From the NCBI GenBank assembly GCA_013239625.1, contig MU053513.1, positions 1,600,927 through 1,664,926 on the forward strand: a stretch of 64,000 nt of DNA, read 5' to 3'. The position numbers and the translations under genes were made by a program. The stretch is from Lama guanicoe (taxonomy: Eukaryota). Below are positions 39,124-50,080 of this stretch, in pieces; within the stretch, counting starts at the first letter, position 1, and every line of letters begins with the position of its first letter. The notes under the pieces were generated by a model, which did not search any database, had not been told where the DNA came from, and saw only the letters and a program-made list of their open reading frames with translations.

Positions 39124-39660
39124 GGAGTTGAGAATTCTTGAAGTGACTGGCAGGTAAGGCCAGGAAGTAACAGATTTAAAGAAAAGAGAAGTGTCAAAAA
39201 GACTATAAGAACAGATGGACGATGTTAGTAAATATGCTAAAATAATGAAAGAACATTAGAAATGAATTTTTATTGTTTGAGTAGTCTGGATGAAGACTAA
39301 ATGTAGGCTGTAGCTACGAGTAGGGAGGGAATTGCATTTTGAGTAGCCAAGGATTGATTTATTAATATTTACTAGCATCTACTAGGTGGCACATTATTTT
39401 ATGCACTTAGGATACAGTGGTGACTGAAATAGATCCTGTGGAGCTCACACTCTCGTGTGAAGAACATACAATAAACAAGTGAACAACTATGACTGGTGTG
39501 TATGGAGTTTTGGGCCAGCATTGTCAAAGGCACTCAGTGGTATCTGATTTTCAATAAAGTCCCCTGATTGTGGCCTGGCTAGCAACTTAGGCCTTTACTC
39601 AGAGTTACAATTAGAACATTTCACTCAGGGTTACAAACAGAACACAAGAATTGAATGACA

Positions 39661-40442
39661 TGCTCAATATCACTAATTATCAGAGAAATGCAAATCAAAA
39701 CTACAATGAGGTATCACCTCATACCAGTCAGAATGGCCACCATTCAAAACTCCATGAACAATAAATGCTGGAGAGGCTGTGGAGAAAAGGGAACCCTCCT
39801 ACACTGTTGGTGGGAATGTAGTTTGGTGCAGCCATTATGGAAAACAGTATGGAGATTCCTCAAAAAACTAAAAATACGTTTATCATGTGATCCAGCAATC
39901 CCACTCCTGGGCATATACCCAGAGAAAAATAAAATTCGAAAAGACACATGCACCCCAATGTTCACAGCAGCACTATCTACAATAGCCAAGACATGGAAAT
40001 AATCCAAACATTGATCAATAGATGACTGGATAAAGAAGATGTGGTACATATATACAATGGAACACTATTCAGCCATAAAAAGAGTAAAATAATGCCATTT
40101 GCAGCAACATAGGTGGACCTAGAAATTGTCATTCTAAGTGAAGTAAGCCAGAAAGTGAAAGAAAAATACCATATCACTCGTATGTGGAATCTTAAAAAAA
40201 AAAAAAAAAAAAGGACACTATGAGCTCATCTACAAAACAGAGACAGAGTCACAGACATAGTAAACAATCTAATGGTTACCAGGGAAAAGGGGTTGGAAGG
40301 GATAAATTTGGGAGTTTGAGATTTACAAATGTTAGCCACTATATATATAGGTTTTTTTTTTTAAGTTTCTTTTGTATAGCACAGGGAACTATGTTCAATA
40401 TCTTGTAACAACCTTTAATGAAAAAAAATGACAACGAATACA

Positions 40443-40499
<57 letters not shown>

Positions 40500-40559
40500 G
40501 ACTGGGACGTTGTGCTGTGCACCAGAAATTGACACATTGTAATTACTTCAATTAAAACA
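39661..40559 (+). mobile_element. Relatively young 5'-truncated L1 (ORF2 C-terminus + 3'UTR)
   Basis: ORF 39655-40002 reads [17 protein letters not shown]...[18 protein letters not shown]...[11 protein letters not shown]; 15-bp TSD aagaattRaatgaca at 39646-39660 and 40560-40574. Confidence 0.95.
40443..40487. repeat. (TG)n(TA)n compound microsatellite in L1 3'UTR
   Basis: Directly visible dinucleotide runs. Confidence 0.9.
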
Positions 40560-41056
40560 AAGAATTAAATGACAATCAGTATAACAATGACTGGCAATTA
40601 TGTGATTATTTCAAATAATTTTACATAGTCACATTAGGAAATAACTGTTTAAATGAATGGAAGATCTGATGATCACTAAGCTCCCATTCTGATTCTTCAA
40701 CCCGTTGCTTAATAAACTATAGACTATTCTTTTTCAGTCTGATGCAAATATCTGAAAACAAATAGTCTTTGCAAAGTGATTCACGGTTTCATTCAACATT
40801 CAACCACCAGAATAAGCTCCATGAGGGTAAGGATATTTGTCTGTTTTGTTCACTACTGTATCTTCCAACACCTAGAACAATGCCCAGCATTTTTGCTGAA
40901 TTGAATAAATGAAAAGATTAATAAGCATTCACTAGATGCCAGGTATTATATTAATCTCAAAGGTAAATAAGATTGTCCCTGCCCTTAAAGAGTTAATCGT
41001 TTAAAAGCTCTAAGATAAAATCTCTTAATCTTCACTTACATCAAAGTACAGTTAAG

Positions 41057-41290
41057 TGGAGGTGGACAGATAAATTGGGAGTTTTGGATTTGCTAACTAC
41101 TAAACATAAAATAGATAAGCAAAGTCCTACTGTATAGCACAGGGAGCTATATTCAATATCTTACAATAGTCTATAATGAAAAATAATATGAAAAGGAATA
41201 TATATATATATATAACTGAATCACTATGCTGTACACCAGAAATTAACACATTATAAACCAACTATACTTCAATTTTTTTAAAAAGGGGAA
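41057..41290 (+). mobile_element. Short L1 3'UTR tail
   Basis: gataaattgggagttt...gtcctactgtatagcacagggagctatattcaatatc...caactatacttcaat. Confidence 0.85.
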
Positions 41291-42504
41291 AAAGCATACA
41301 ATTAAAGAAGTAAGGTTAAGAATCTAAAAGTAGTATCTGTCCTGGATAAAAGGAATTTATTGTAGACTTCATATACTTTTAAATAAAAGATAAATAAACT
41401 ACCATTCTATCTTGAAAAATTAGTATTTGTATCATTAGGTACTATAATTAGATAATCTGTTCTATACTATAATTAATCTGTTCTAAACAATATTATGATA
41501 AGTCACAGGAAAATAGTAATTTCAGATACTTCTAAAAATTTTCAATCCTTCATTTCCTTCTCAGGTCCTTTCAAATACATTTAAAAAAAAATGAAGTGAG
41601 AATATCAGTTAATATGAAGCAACATAAAAGAATAAACAGAATCAGAAGGCAAATTCCAAAGAGATCACTGCTATAAATAGAGACATGGAAATGTCAGGAC
41701 AGAGAAGCAAAGTTCCACTAGAAACAACAACAAAACTGCATGCCAAGTGAGTTTTACACCTCACACCCACCCATCTTCATTCAAGGATTTCCTCGGCAAA
41801 GATCCTCAATCTTCTAATAATCTATTCCAAAAAGTAAATGTGAGTAAAGGTACATGTCCTGATTATAAAAATCAGTATGTTTTTGGTTCTGCACAAATTT
41901 TTCTTTCCCTTATACCTAAGAAGCAGAAAACCTCAAACTGAACCTTAACCCAATCATTGCTGCCTCAAAGAGAAGTTATTTCATGAAATAAAGAGAACTG
42001 GGTTAGGAATCTAGTCTTGGCTCCAGTCTTGGAATTAATCTTGTCACTCTGTACACAGCACTCAAGCACTCTGGGTCACAATTTCCTCCAACATAAAATG
42101 AAAGAAATGGACTAGATGATCTTCAAAGTCTTTCCAAGCCTGTTACTCTTAAGAAAAGTTTGTGTGAAGCTACTCTTCAGGGCCATCTAGTCTCAAAGAC
42201 CCCCAACATTCATAACCACATATCCAACAATTTGTTTTTAGCTCCAGCTTTGCAGGAAAATAATAAGTAAGATAAAACAAAAAATTCAGTTCAGTATTTA
42301 TTGGGCTTTTACCAACAGAAAAGCACTAAGCCATACTGGGCAAACCAGAGTAAGATCCAATCCTTGATCAGCCCTCTGTTTTACAAAAGGGAAAGATGAC
42401 AGGACGAGATCTCTGTATTTAGAATACTTACTACAGTCTAGCTGGAGAAACAAATATTAATTCAGATTAATTATGCAAATATTTATTAAATACTTCTTGA
42501 AAAA

Positions 42505-42670
42505 AGTCAGTTTTCAAACTTGAATGAGCATAAGAATCTATGATGCTAATTTTTTTAAATGTAGATTTCCCCAAAACTGATTCACTAGGTCCAGATGGGG
42601 TCTAGGTATCCACGTTTATAAAAAGCACCCCCAGATGATGCTGGTGGCCCTGGTAAAGAAACACTGCTGT
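42505..42670. mobile_element. MER5A-like fragment
   Basis: cagttttcaaactt...ctgattcactaggtc...agcacccccagatgatgct...gaaacactgct. Confidence 0.5.
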
Positions 42671-44419
42671 AAAATAAAAAATTAAAAAAAAAGAAAAAAG
42701 AAAAGAGAAAGAAACACTCCTATAGCCTAGATCAACAAGAAATCAATAGGGTACAAAAACAAAATGTTTCTAGAGTTTGAGTTTTCAAGACTACATTCCT
42801 ATAACAACTAGAGAATAAACTGCAAGGTTATTAAAAACAAGCAAAAGTCTAACAGAGCATATACCCTTTAGTTATATTTCATGGTTCTCAAGTGTGGGCT
42901 GCAGTTTCAAAATCACCATAGAAAGTTTTTACAGATACAGATACAGACCAATTAAACTAGTCTCTGGGAGTGGTAGTTGGGGCTCAGCCTTCACACTTAA
43001 AAGTGAAAGGAACTGATGTATAAATAAATGATCTAAGTAGGGGAGGAAAAAATAAACATGCCTTTGACCACAAAATAAAGGGAGACTAAGAATAGTAAAT
43101 GTATGGAATTTATTTTAAATATTTTGTTTTGAGGCAACATGCAAAATGAGTGTTGGAGTTATTTAGCTGCAGACACAAGTTTGGGAATGTATTTGGAGAG
43201 TAAGCATAGGACCAACTTACAGTAAATCATAAAACCATACATTTCATATATATTCTGCAGTTTCATTATATATGATATTCTGCAGCATTATGTATCAGCT
43301 TTATTATAAGTTATTGGAATGCATGCTACAGAATTAGCTGAAATTACTCAAGAACTGGGTGGTAAAGGTCAGTCTGAGACAGCTGCTTTCAAGCGTCTCA
43401 GATTTTCAACCAAGAATTACCCCTAAAGTAATGGGAAGCTGCGAATGTTATGGCTTACCAGCAGGCAGCTCTCAACTTTTTTCACTAAATATTGATATTC
43501 AGTTTCCTGTGTACTCTATGATGCTGTATTCTATCTCCTATCATCCCAGTAAAAGGACAGATCCTGCTTATAGACAAGATGACAACAGATGTGTGCAACA
43601 AGCCAAACTATGTACATTCAAAGAGGTCTTTAATATGATTCAGTAGGATGTTCCTTCTCCCATTAGATTTGAAGAACCCTGTAAAGTTAGGAATGGCACT
43701 TCAGCAAACCCCATCCTCCTCCCCCATATGCCTTCCGCCTTCTATGAAGAGGTCCTCAAGAGCAGAGAAAATTTATTACATTCTCACAAAGAACCTTTGT
43801 ATCAAGCCTTTATTATTCTAAAAGATTAAACTATAAAGATTTTACTTCTTTCTCAGAAGAGTCTAATCTAAAAACTCTTGATACACTTCTTTTGGCAGAT
43901 AGGTTATTTTGTAGAGGAATTCAACATGCACATAAACAGTACAAACATTATCATAGTGCTGTATGGTAATACTGGGGAAGAAATTAAAGTTAATTCTATC
44001 CTTGCTTTAAGAGGCTTACAATCTAGTGATGTGGACTACAAACACATAAACCCCCTGAACAATGTATTTGAAAAATAACATTGATCATCATCAAATATAT
44101 AAGTATATATGTATATATATATACACACACACCACAAAGCATTGTACAGTAAGGCAATATCCCATCCAATGCAATTAGCAATACAGAAAAACAAGCTTCT
44201 ATGTTATACAACACATTGGTTCTTTAAATTTTGTAAGTAATCTAATTTTATTACCTTACATTAAGAGTTGCCTTCCCATGAAGAATTTTGACTTAAGTCA
44301 TGATTAAAACTAATGCTAATAAAATCCATGTAAGATATACTAAACTGTGATCCATACCCTAGAAATTACAAGGAGATACATTTCATTACTTGACTTTTTA
44401 TACATTCTTCCATTCTTTC

Positions 44420-44605
44420 AAGTCAGGCTGCCTGGGTTCAAATCTCAGCCCTAACATGCAACCTTGGGCAAGTTAACTTATCTGTACCCCAGCAAAATGG
44501 AGATTTTAATAGCACCTAGCTCATAAAGCCATTGGGAGAATAAATGAATTAAATACATGTAAAGCTCTTAGAACAGTGCCCAGAATAGAGTGTGCTATGT
44601 AATAA
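44420..44605 (+). mobile_element. MIR SINE fragment
   Basis: gctgcctgggttcaaatctcagc...accttgggcaagtta...cttagaacagtgcc. Confidence 0.75.
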
Positions 44606-46574
44606 AGACACAAAAAGAAATAGCTCTTACTGTCATGAACCTTACGATCTAATGGGAATTCTAAATAAACAATAAATGATATTATGGTATTATTACCATG
44701 ATAAGGTACATGAAAACAAATAGGAATCCCTAAATTTGAGAGTTCAGATAGCATTTCTCGAAAAATGGAAAATTTTCAACAGGCAACAGTAAAACAGAAG
44801 AGGCGAGGAAGATACGTGAAAAGGCCCAGGGATCCTACCATTACAAATAGGTTGGGATGACAAGAATGGCAAAAGGCTGGATTTAGGGCGAATCAATGGT
44901 CATGAGCGATTACCAGTATTTGTCAATCTTCTAATAGCCCTTCAATCAAGACACACTATTAAATCTGACATTCAAATCAGAGAATAAGTTTCTAATAACT
45001 GGGGGTGAGACACTATGGTAATTTCTGAAACAGAAAACAGAAAGTACTGTGTAAAAACATTAGACTTCTTATCCTTTACTGTTGACACTTTTCAAAATCA
45101 GATTAAACTGCCCTTTCTTTTTGATATGCTGGTAAGAGGAAGAAGTTGTGTGACTTACCAAAGGGCACATGGGTCAGACTTGAATCTAGATCCTCTAGGA
45201 CCAAGTCCAGAGTCCTTTTTACTATACGAGGTGGCCTCCAGTTTCAGACACTGGTCAAACTGTTCTCCACAATGTTACCAAGTTACATTTGTGTTAACAA
45301 CTTTGTCCTTTATAATGCAACTATTTTCTGCTTGCATTCACACCTTAGTCTGAAACAGAATCCCAGAAACTCAATCAGAAAGCATATAAAAGTAATTAAG
45401 ACCAATGACTAACCTAATGATCAAATACCCTGAAACAACACCCTGGACCACTTACTTTAATTTGAACTGGTCCCTTTCCTCCTTATATCTAACCTGAATC
45501 TGTTGTGACTGTACACTGAGAAAACACAGGCCTGGTTTAAATGACACACGCAGTACAGCATGAAGTTATCAGATCCTTCTGACCAAGAGCTGTTAGGAGG
45601 TAGGTGATGGGTATAAAGGTGAGGCAAGAAGTATGTACAATTTTGCTACTCTAAAATGCCTATTCAAAAAGCCAAAATGGACTGTTTTTCCTCCAACAGC
45701 TATAAATAAGAATCTGTTAGTATTTCACACAGATTTAACAAACCCAATAGTGGAAAGTTATGCTGAGAAAGAATTATCAGTCATTTGGTAACCAATAAAT
45801 CTGAGGGTAAAATGAAGAACCTTGCCAGTACATTTAATAGCCCAACTTTTATTATTTTCACTAATCTTTTCATTCTGTTATTTATAAATCTAAATGCCTC
45901 TGCTAGATTTTTATAAGCTTGAAAATACTTTTTTTTATTCTGAGGATGAAATATGAAATACTAATTTCCATGAAAAGAGAATGATTATGAAATATAATTC
46001 AGCTGAATATTTAGCCAATCTCCCAAAACATAATTAACCAGTTTTAGATTATTAGCTATGATACATCCACTTTTAAGAGGACTTATATTGCAAAGAGGAA
46101 TGAACTGTCAGGAAAAGTCTTATTTCATCAGTTACAATGAACTTACCTAGAGTGAAAAGCGAAGTACAAGTGACTTTGAGTAGACTGAGTGGATTCAGAA
46201 CTAATTCACACACAACCAAATCAAAAGTCACTGGTTACAGTTTCCCCACAATTCAGTTGCTGTTACAAGATCCTAGATTTTACCAAAAGTAAGATTTGAA
46301 CATAGATGTTAAATCCAAAAAACTTACATAAGTGGAGTACCATGAATTATCCATCCATTCCTAATTATTAAATACCAAAAGCCAAATTCTATGGTTAATA
46401 ATACTGATTTCCATTTGTATAGCACTTGCCAGTTTCTGAAGAGCTAATAGAGATACCTCATTCAAGGACAGCAAGGCAGGTTACGATCATTATGTAGATG
46501 AGAAATCTGAGACACAGAGACTAAGTCACTTGCCCAAGGTCACAAAACTAAATGCAGAGGTGGATTTTTTTCAA

Positions 46575-47435
46575 TATTCATTCATTCAACAAGTATCTAG
46601 AATGCCATGACTATGTGTCAGGGACTAGTTAATGGTAGAGACAGACAAGGTCCTTGCTCTCCAGGAGTTTACAGTCTAATAGGAGAGAGACAATAAACAA
46701 GTCATCACACAGAACATAATTTCAGATAAGTGCTATAAAGAGAACATGGTAATTGGATAGAGTGATTGCAGAATAGCATAACCAGAGGTCAGAGATGGTC
46801 TGAGATGACATCTGAACTGACACCTGAATGATGAAGACAAATCATCCATGTCAGGGTTTATAAGAACATCTGAATCTGTAAGTGGAAAAAGCAAGCATGA
46901 AGTCCCAGAGGCAGGAATAATGCTGGACAGCAAGGTGGCTCAAGTGGAATGAGGAGAGTTTAGATAATAGCCTGATTATATGGCGCCCTTAGGCCATTCC
47001 AGGAGATAAGATTAAAACTGCAAAGGAAAGAAGAAATAGGTGAGATGATGTGATTTATGTTTTAATGAAATCTTTCAAGCTGCTATATGAAGGAACAACT
47101 GTAATACAATCAGGTAGAGGCACCCTTGAGCTTCAAAAATACTGGTCTATTCCTCAGAGAACATTCCTGTAGATACATGGGTGCTTGTTACTTCTGAACT
47201 GTTACATATATATTACATACTTTTCTATACAAAATTTCTTAATTTTTAAAAGTAAATTGTGAAGATGTAAGAGTAGAAGCAGAAAAACCACCTAGGATGC
47301 TACTGTAACAGTCCAAGATTGAAGTGACAGTAACTTGCAAGGAGTGGAGGTGAAAAGTGATGAAATTTGGAATGTACCTTTTAAGTATGGTAAACAGGTC
47401 TTCTTGATGGAAAAGCAGAGGCAGGAATCAAGGCT
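46575..47435 (-). mobile_element. LINE-2 fragment (a MIR fragment on - lies just before, ~46415-46550)
   Basis: attcattcattcaacaagtat...ggtccttgctctccaggagtttacagtcta...gagatgacatctgaactga. Confidence 0.65.
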
Positions 47436-47438
47436 GAC

Positions 47439-47660
47439 CAGTGGTTCTCACTGTGATCTTGCCTCTTAGGGGACATCTGCAGTATCTGGAGACATTTCTG
47501 GGTGTCACAATTGGTACTGGGAGGTGGGAGGGTTGTGATACTGGCATCTATGGGTAGAGGCCAAGGATGCTGCTAAACATACTACAATGTACACTAGTGC
47601 TACAAAACAAAGAATTATCTGGGCATAAAGTGTCAATAATAATGATGTTGAGAAATTCTG
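47439..47660 (+). mobile_element. MER20 hAT-Charlie element
   Basis: cagtggttctca...ggggacat...tctggagacattt...tggcatcta.gggtagaggccaaggatgctgctaaacat...gttgagaaattctg. Confidence 0.9.
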
Positions 47661-48999
47661 ACCTAGACAGAATCCAAATGGTTCCACTGTCTGAGAATAC
47701 CCACACTTCTAGGAGAATCTACCAAAACACTAGAAATAGAGGTCCTTACTTATTTTCAATACTTAGAGACAACTAAAATTGTGGCATACATGAAATAAAG
47801 TTTTATTTCTTTTGAGATAAATTATATCATTCTGTGGTTAACACTGTGTTGACCAGGACTCATTGGCATACAAGTCTAATTATTAAATTTGAAAAAAATC
47901 AATTACTAACAAATGCCTTTATTGGGTACTTTCTCAAAACACAATTGAAAAAATCCTATTTAGCAATACCACTCAACACTACTTTTAGTTTTACCAATCA
48001 TGCTTAAATCTGTAGTCCAATACATTCACTGCTTTTCCAAATACAAATTCCTCTCAAATTTAAATAGATAGCTATGCACACTGAAAAGGTAATTAGACCT
48101 ATAAATAGGTAAGATGGTAGGCAAAGCTCATTAGAGGAAAACGATGGTCCACTTGCATCTAGGTGCACAGAACTGTTTAGCTATCTGACTTTGGGCCTTG
48201 AGCAAGTGGACACATTAATTTTTGGTTATCAGGAAGACTGCAGCGCACATCTCTCCCAATTACTGAGACTAGCAATCGGAAAAGTACTCTTTGAGACTTA
48301 ATTCACAAAACACAAAATACTCAAAGTTGATAGAGTTCATTTTACCTCATTCTTTGTTACCTAAAGGAAAAGAATTTGCGGGAAAAAATTAACTGTGATC
48401 AACTCCTAATGCATCCTAATGAGTCTGAAACTACTATCATTAATGCAGTAAATTATGTGCCACGATATGCTCTGGAAGGTCTGAAGAAACGTTGGAAACT
48501 ACCTGATACTTGAAGCAAATAGAAAATTAAAACAGAAAAATCTGGTCCCGGGATAATAACACAGAACATTACGTTTGCATTCTCACAGGTTGCGGCTGGG
48601 GAAACTAATTTCTTAGAAGCCGCAAAGCCAATTTTAGTCAAGGAATGGATGCAGTTCTTAACGGTAAGGACCTCAGTAAAATTGGCCATGGACACATACG
48701 ATGAATCTAGGTTACTAGGTCTGGTTAAAACTGATTTTGCAAGAACCACGCTTTTTAAAGGTAAAGAAAAGGGCAGTCATATTGCTGCAGCCTCATCCAC
48801 ATTATCTACACAGAAACTTCGAAATCAGCTCGAGAACTAAGGCCTCCAGCCTGAATTCGTCCCCACTTGTGATAAAAATGTAAAAATCTGACAATCTAAA
48901 AGTAAAATACAGGGACACTTTACTTCATCCCTATTCGTGATAAATGTTTTAAAAATCGGACAATCCAGAAATAAAATATAGGACACTTTACTACCCTGA

Positions 49000-50080
49000 A
49001 AATCACGCCGAGTTCCCGCTAGGCCGGGCGGACGGTTTCGGGAGCATCCCCGCGCGGCGACCCGGGCGCTTCTCCGGGGCGCACTCCCCGCTGCAGCGCT
49101 CCCGAGACACTGTTGCGCCGTCGTTACGCCCGTTGACGTCATTCCCTTCCTCAAGGATACAAAGAATGACCCTCGGCAGAAAACCTACCCCTGCTACCTC
49201 CATGAGGCTGCGACCGACAAGAAACAACTACTCCTTTTCTTCAGGCTTTCAAAAATTTGCGCAAACCGCGGTCGCCATGCCAGCCTTACCCACCACCCTA
49301 GTGGAACAACCGCACAACCGCAACCCAAGAACGCACAGAGAGGAGGCGCCAAAGTAACCCCCATTCACGCGAACGCTATAAACAATTCTCGCGACAGCTC
49401 GAGACTTTTTTTTTTCCCAGCCCCACCCCCCGAGACACCAACGCGTTGCTTCAAAACATCGCGAGATTTTCTTCTTCCAGTCTCCGCCCCTTTACGGCAC
49501 GATGGTCGCACAAGAATGTGATACAGCCTCGACGGCCGCCATTTTCTTTCTTTCTTAGCAGTTGGCTGAGAGGTCTCTGCGAAGAAGCGGTAGTGGCCAC
49601 TGTAGTGTAGGCATGGCAGACTATTCAACAGTGCCTCCACCGTCCTCTGGCTCAGCTGGTGGTGGAGGCGGTGGCGGCGGTGGTGGAGGAGTTAACGATG
49701 CTTTCAAAGATGCGCTGCAGAGAGCCCGGCAGGTAAGGCTGGAGCCCGCGGCGGGATCCCGACAGCTCACGGTAATTGGCCGCTGGCTGAGTAGGCCGCT
49801 ACTTCTTCGCGCTTGAGGAAGAGGAAAAAAGTGCCCTTCCGGGCTCTGAAATGTGAGGAGACTCACGTTTCCCACGTTGGTAATACTGATTAGAGTCTGG
49901 AACTGGGTTTTGTGTTCTTGATGTCTAAACTGCTTTGAACCCCAACGCGTCTTACGCGAAGATGGCTTTAGGTTTTTCTCCCGCTTCTGCGGCACTCGCG
50001 CTTTTTCCTTCAAGGAGTTAGTATTTTCCTTTTCCTCAGAGTGAACATCCTCCTGCATGGGATAAACCGCGCGTAGTTTT
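49000..50080. promoter_or_regulatory. CpG island: FUBP1 promoter and probable divergent DNAJB4 distal promoter
   Basis: Dense CpG relative to the CpG-depleted background; CRE TGACGTCA at 49134-49141; TCTCGCGA-type motifs at 49387 and 49459; YY1 GCCGCCATTTT at 49535-49545. Confidence 0.88.
49613..49732 (+). CDS. FUBP1: FUBP1 exon 1 coding part
   Basis: MADYSTVPPPSSGSA-G11-VNDAFKDALQRARQ; strong Kozak ggcATGG; donor CAG|gtaagg; 120 nt. Confidence 0.98.

Noticed and set aside
39655..40002. 115-aa ORF as a host gene
   Set aside because: It is the L1 ORF2 C-terminus within a 5'-truncated insertion. The same applies to 27698-27997 and the antisense ORFs at 27062, 8688 and 39744.
49562..49612. In-frame upstream TTG extension of FUBP1 and the acceptor-like ttttctttctttcttagcag just before it
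   Set aside because: The ATG at 49613 has strong context and gives the familiar N-terminus. The pyrimidine run is more simply the start-site region, and no upstream + strand exon was evident.
48453..49640. Several 60-105 aa ORFs on both strands around the promoter
   Set aside because: Expected by chance in GC-rich DNA; no homology recognised.
49658..49690. Poly-Gly GGN repeat as an unstable expansion
   Set aside because: 11 codons mixed among GGT/GGC/GGA, so an interrupted, ordinary tract.
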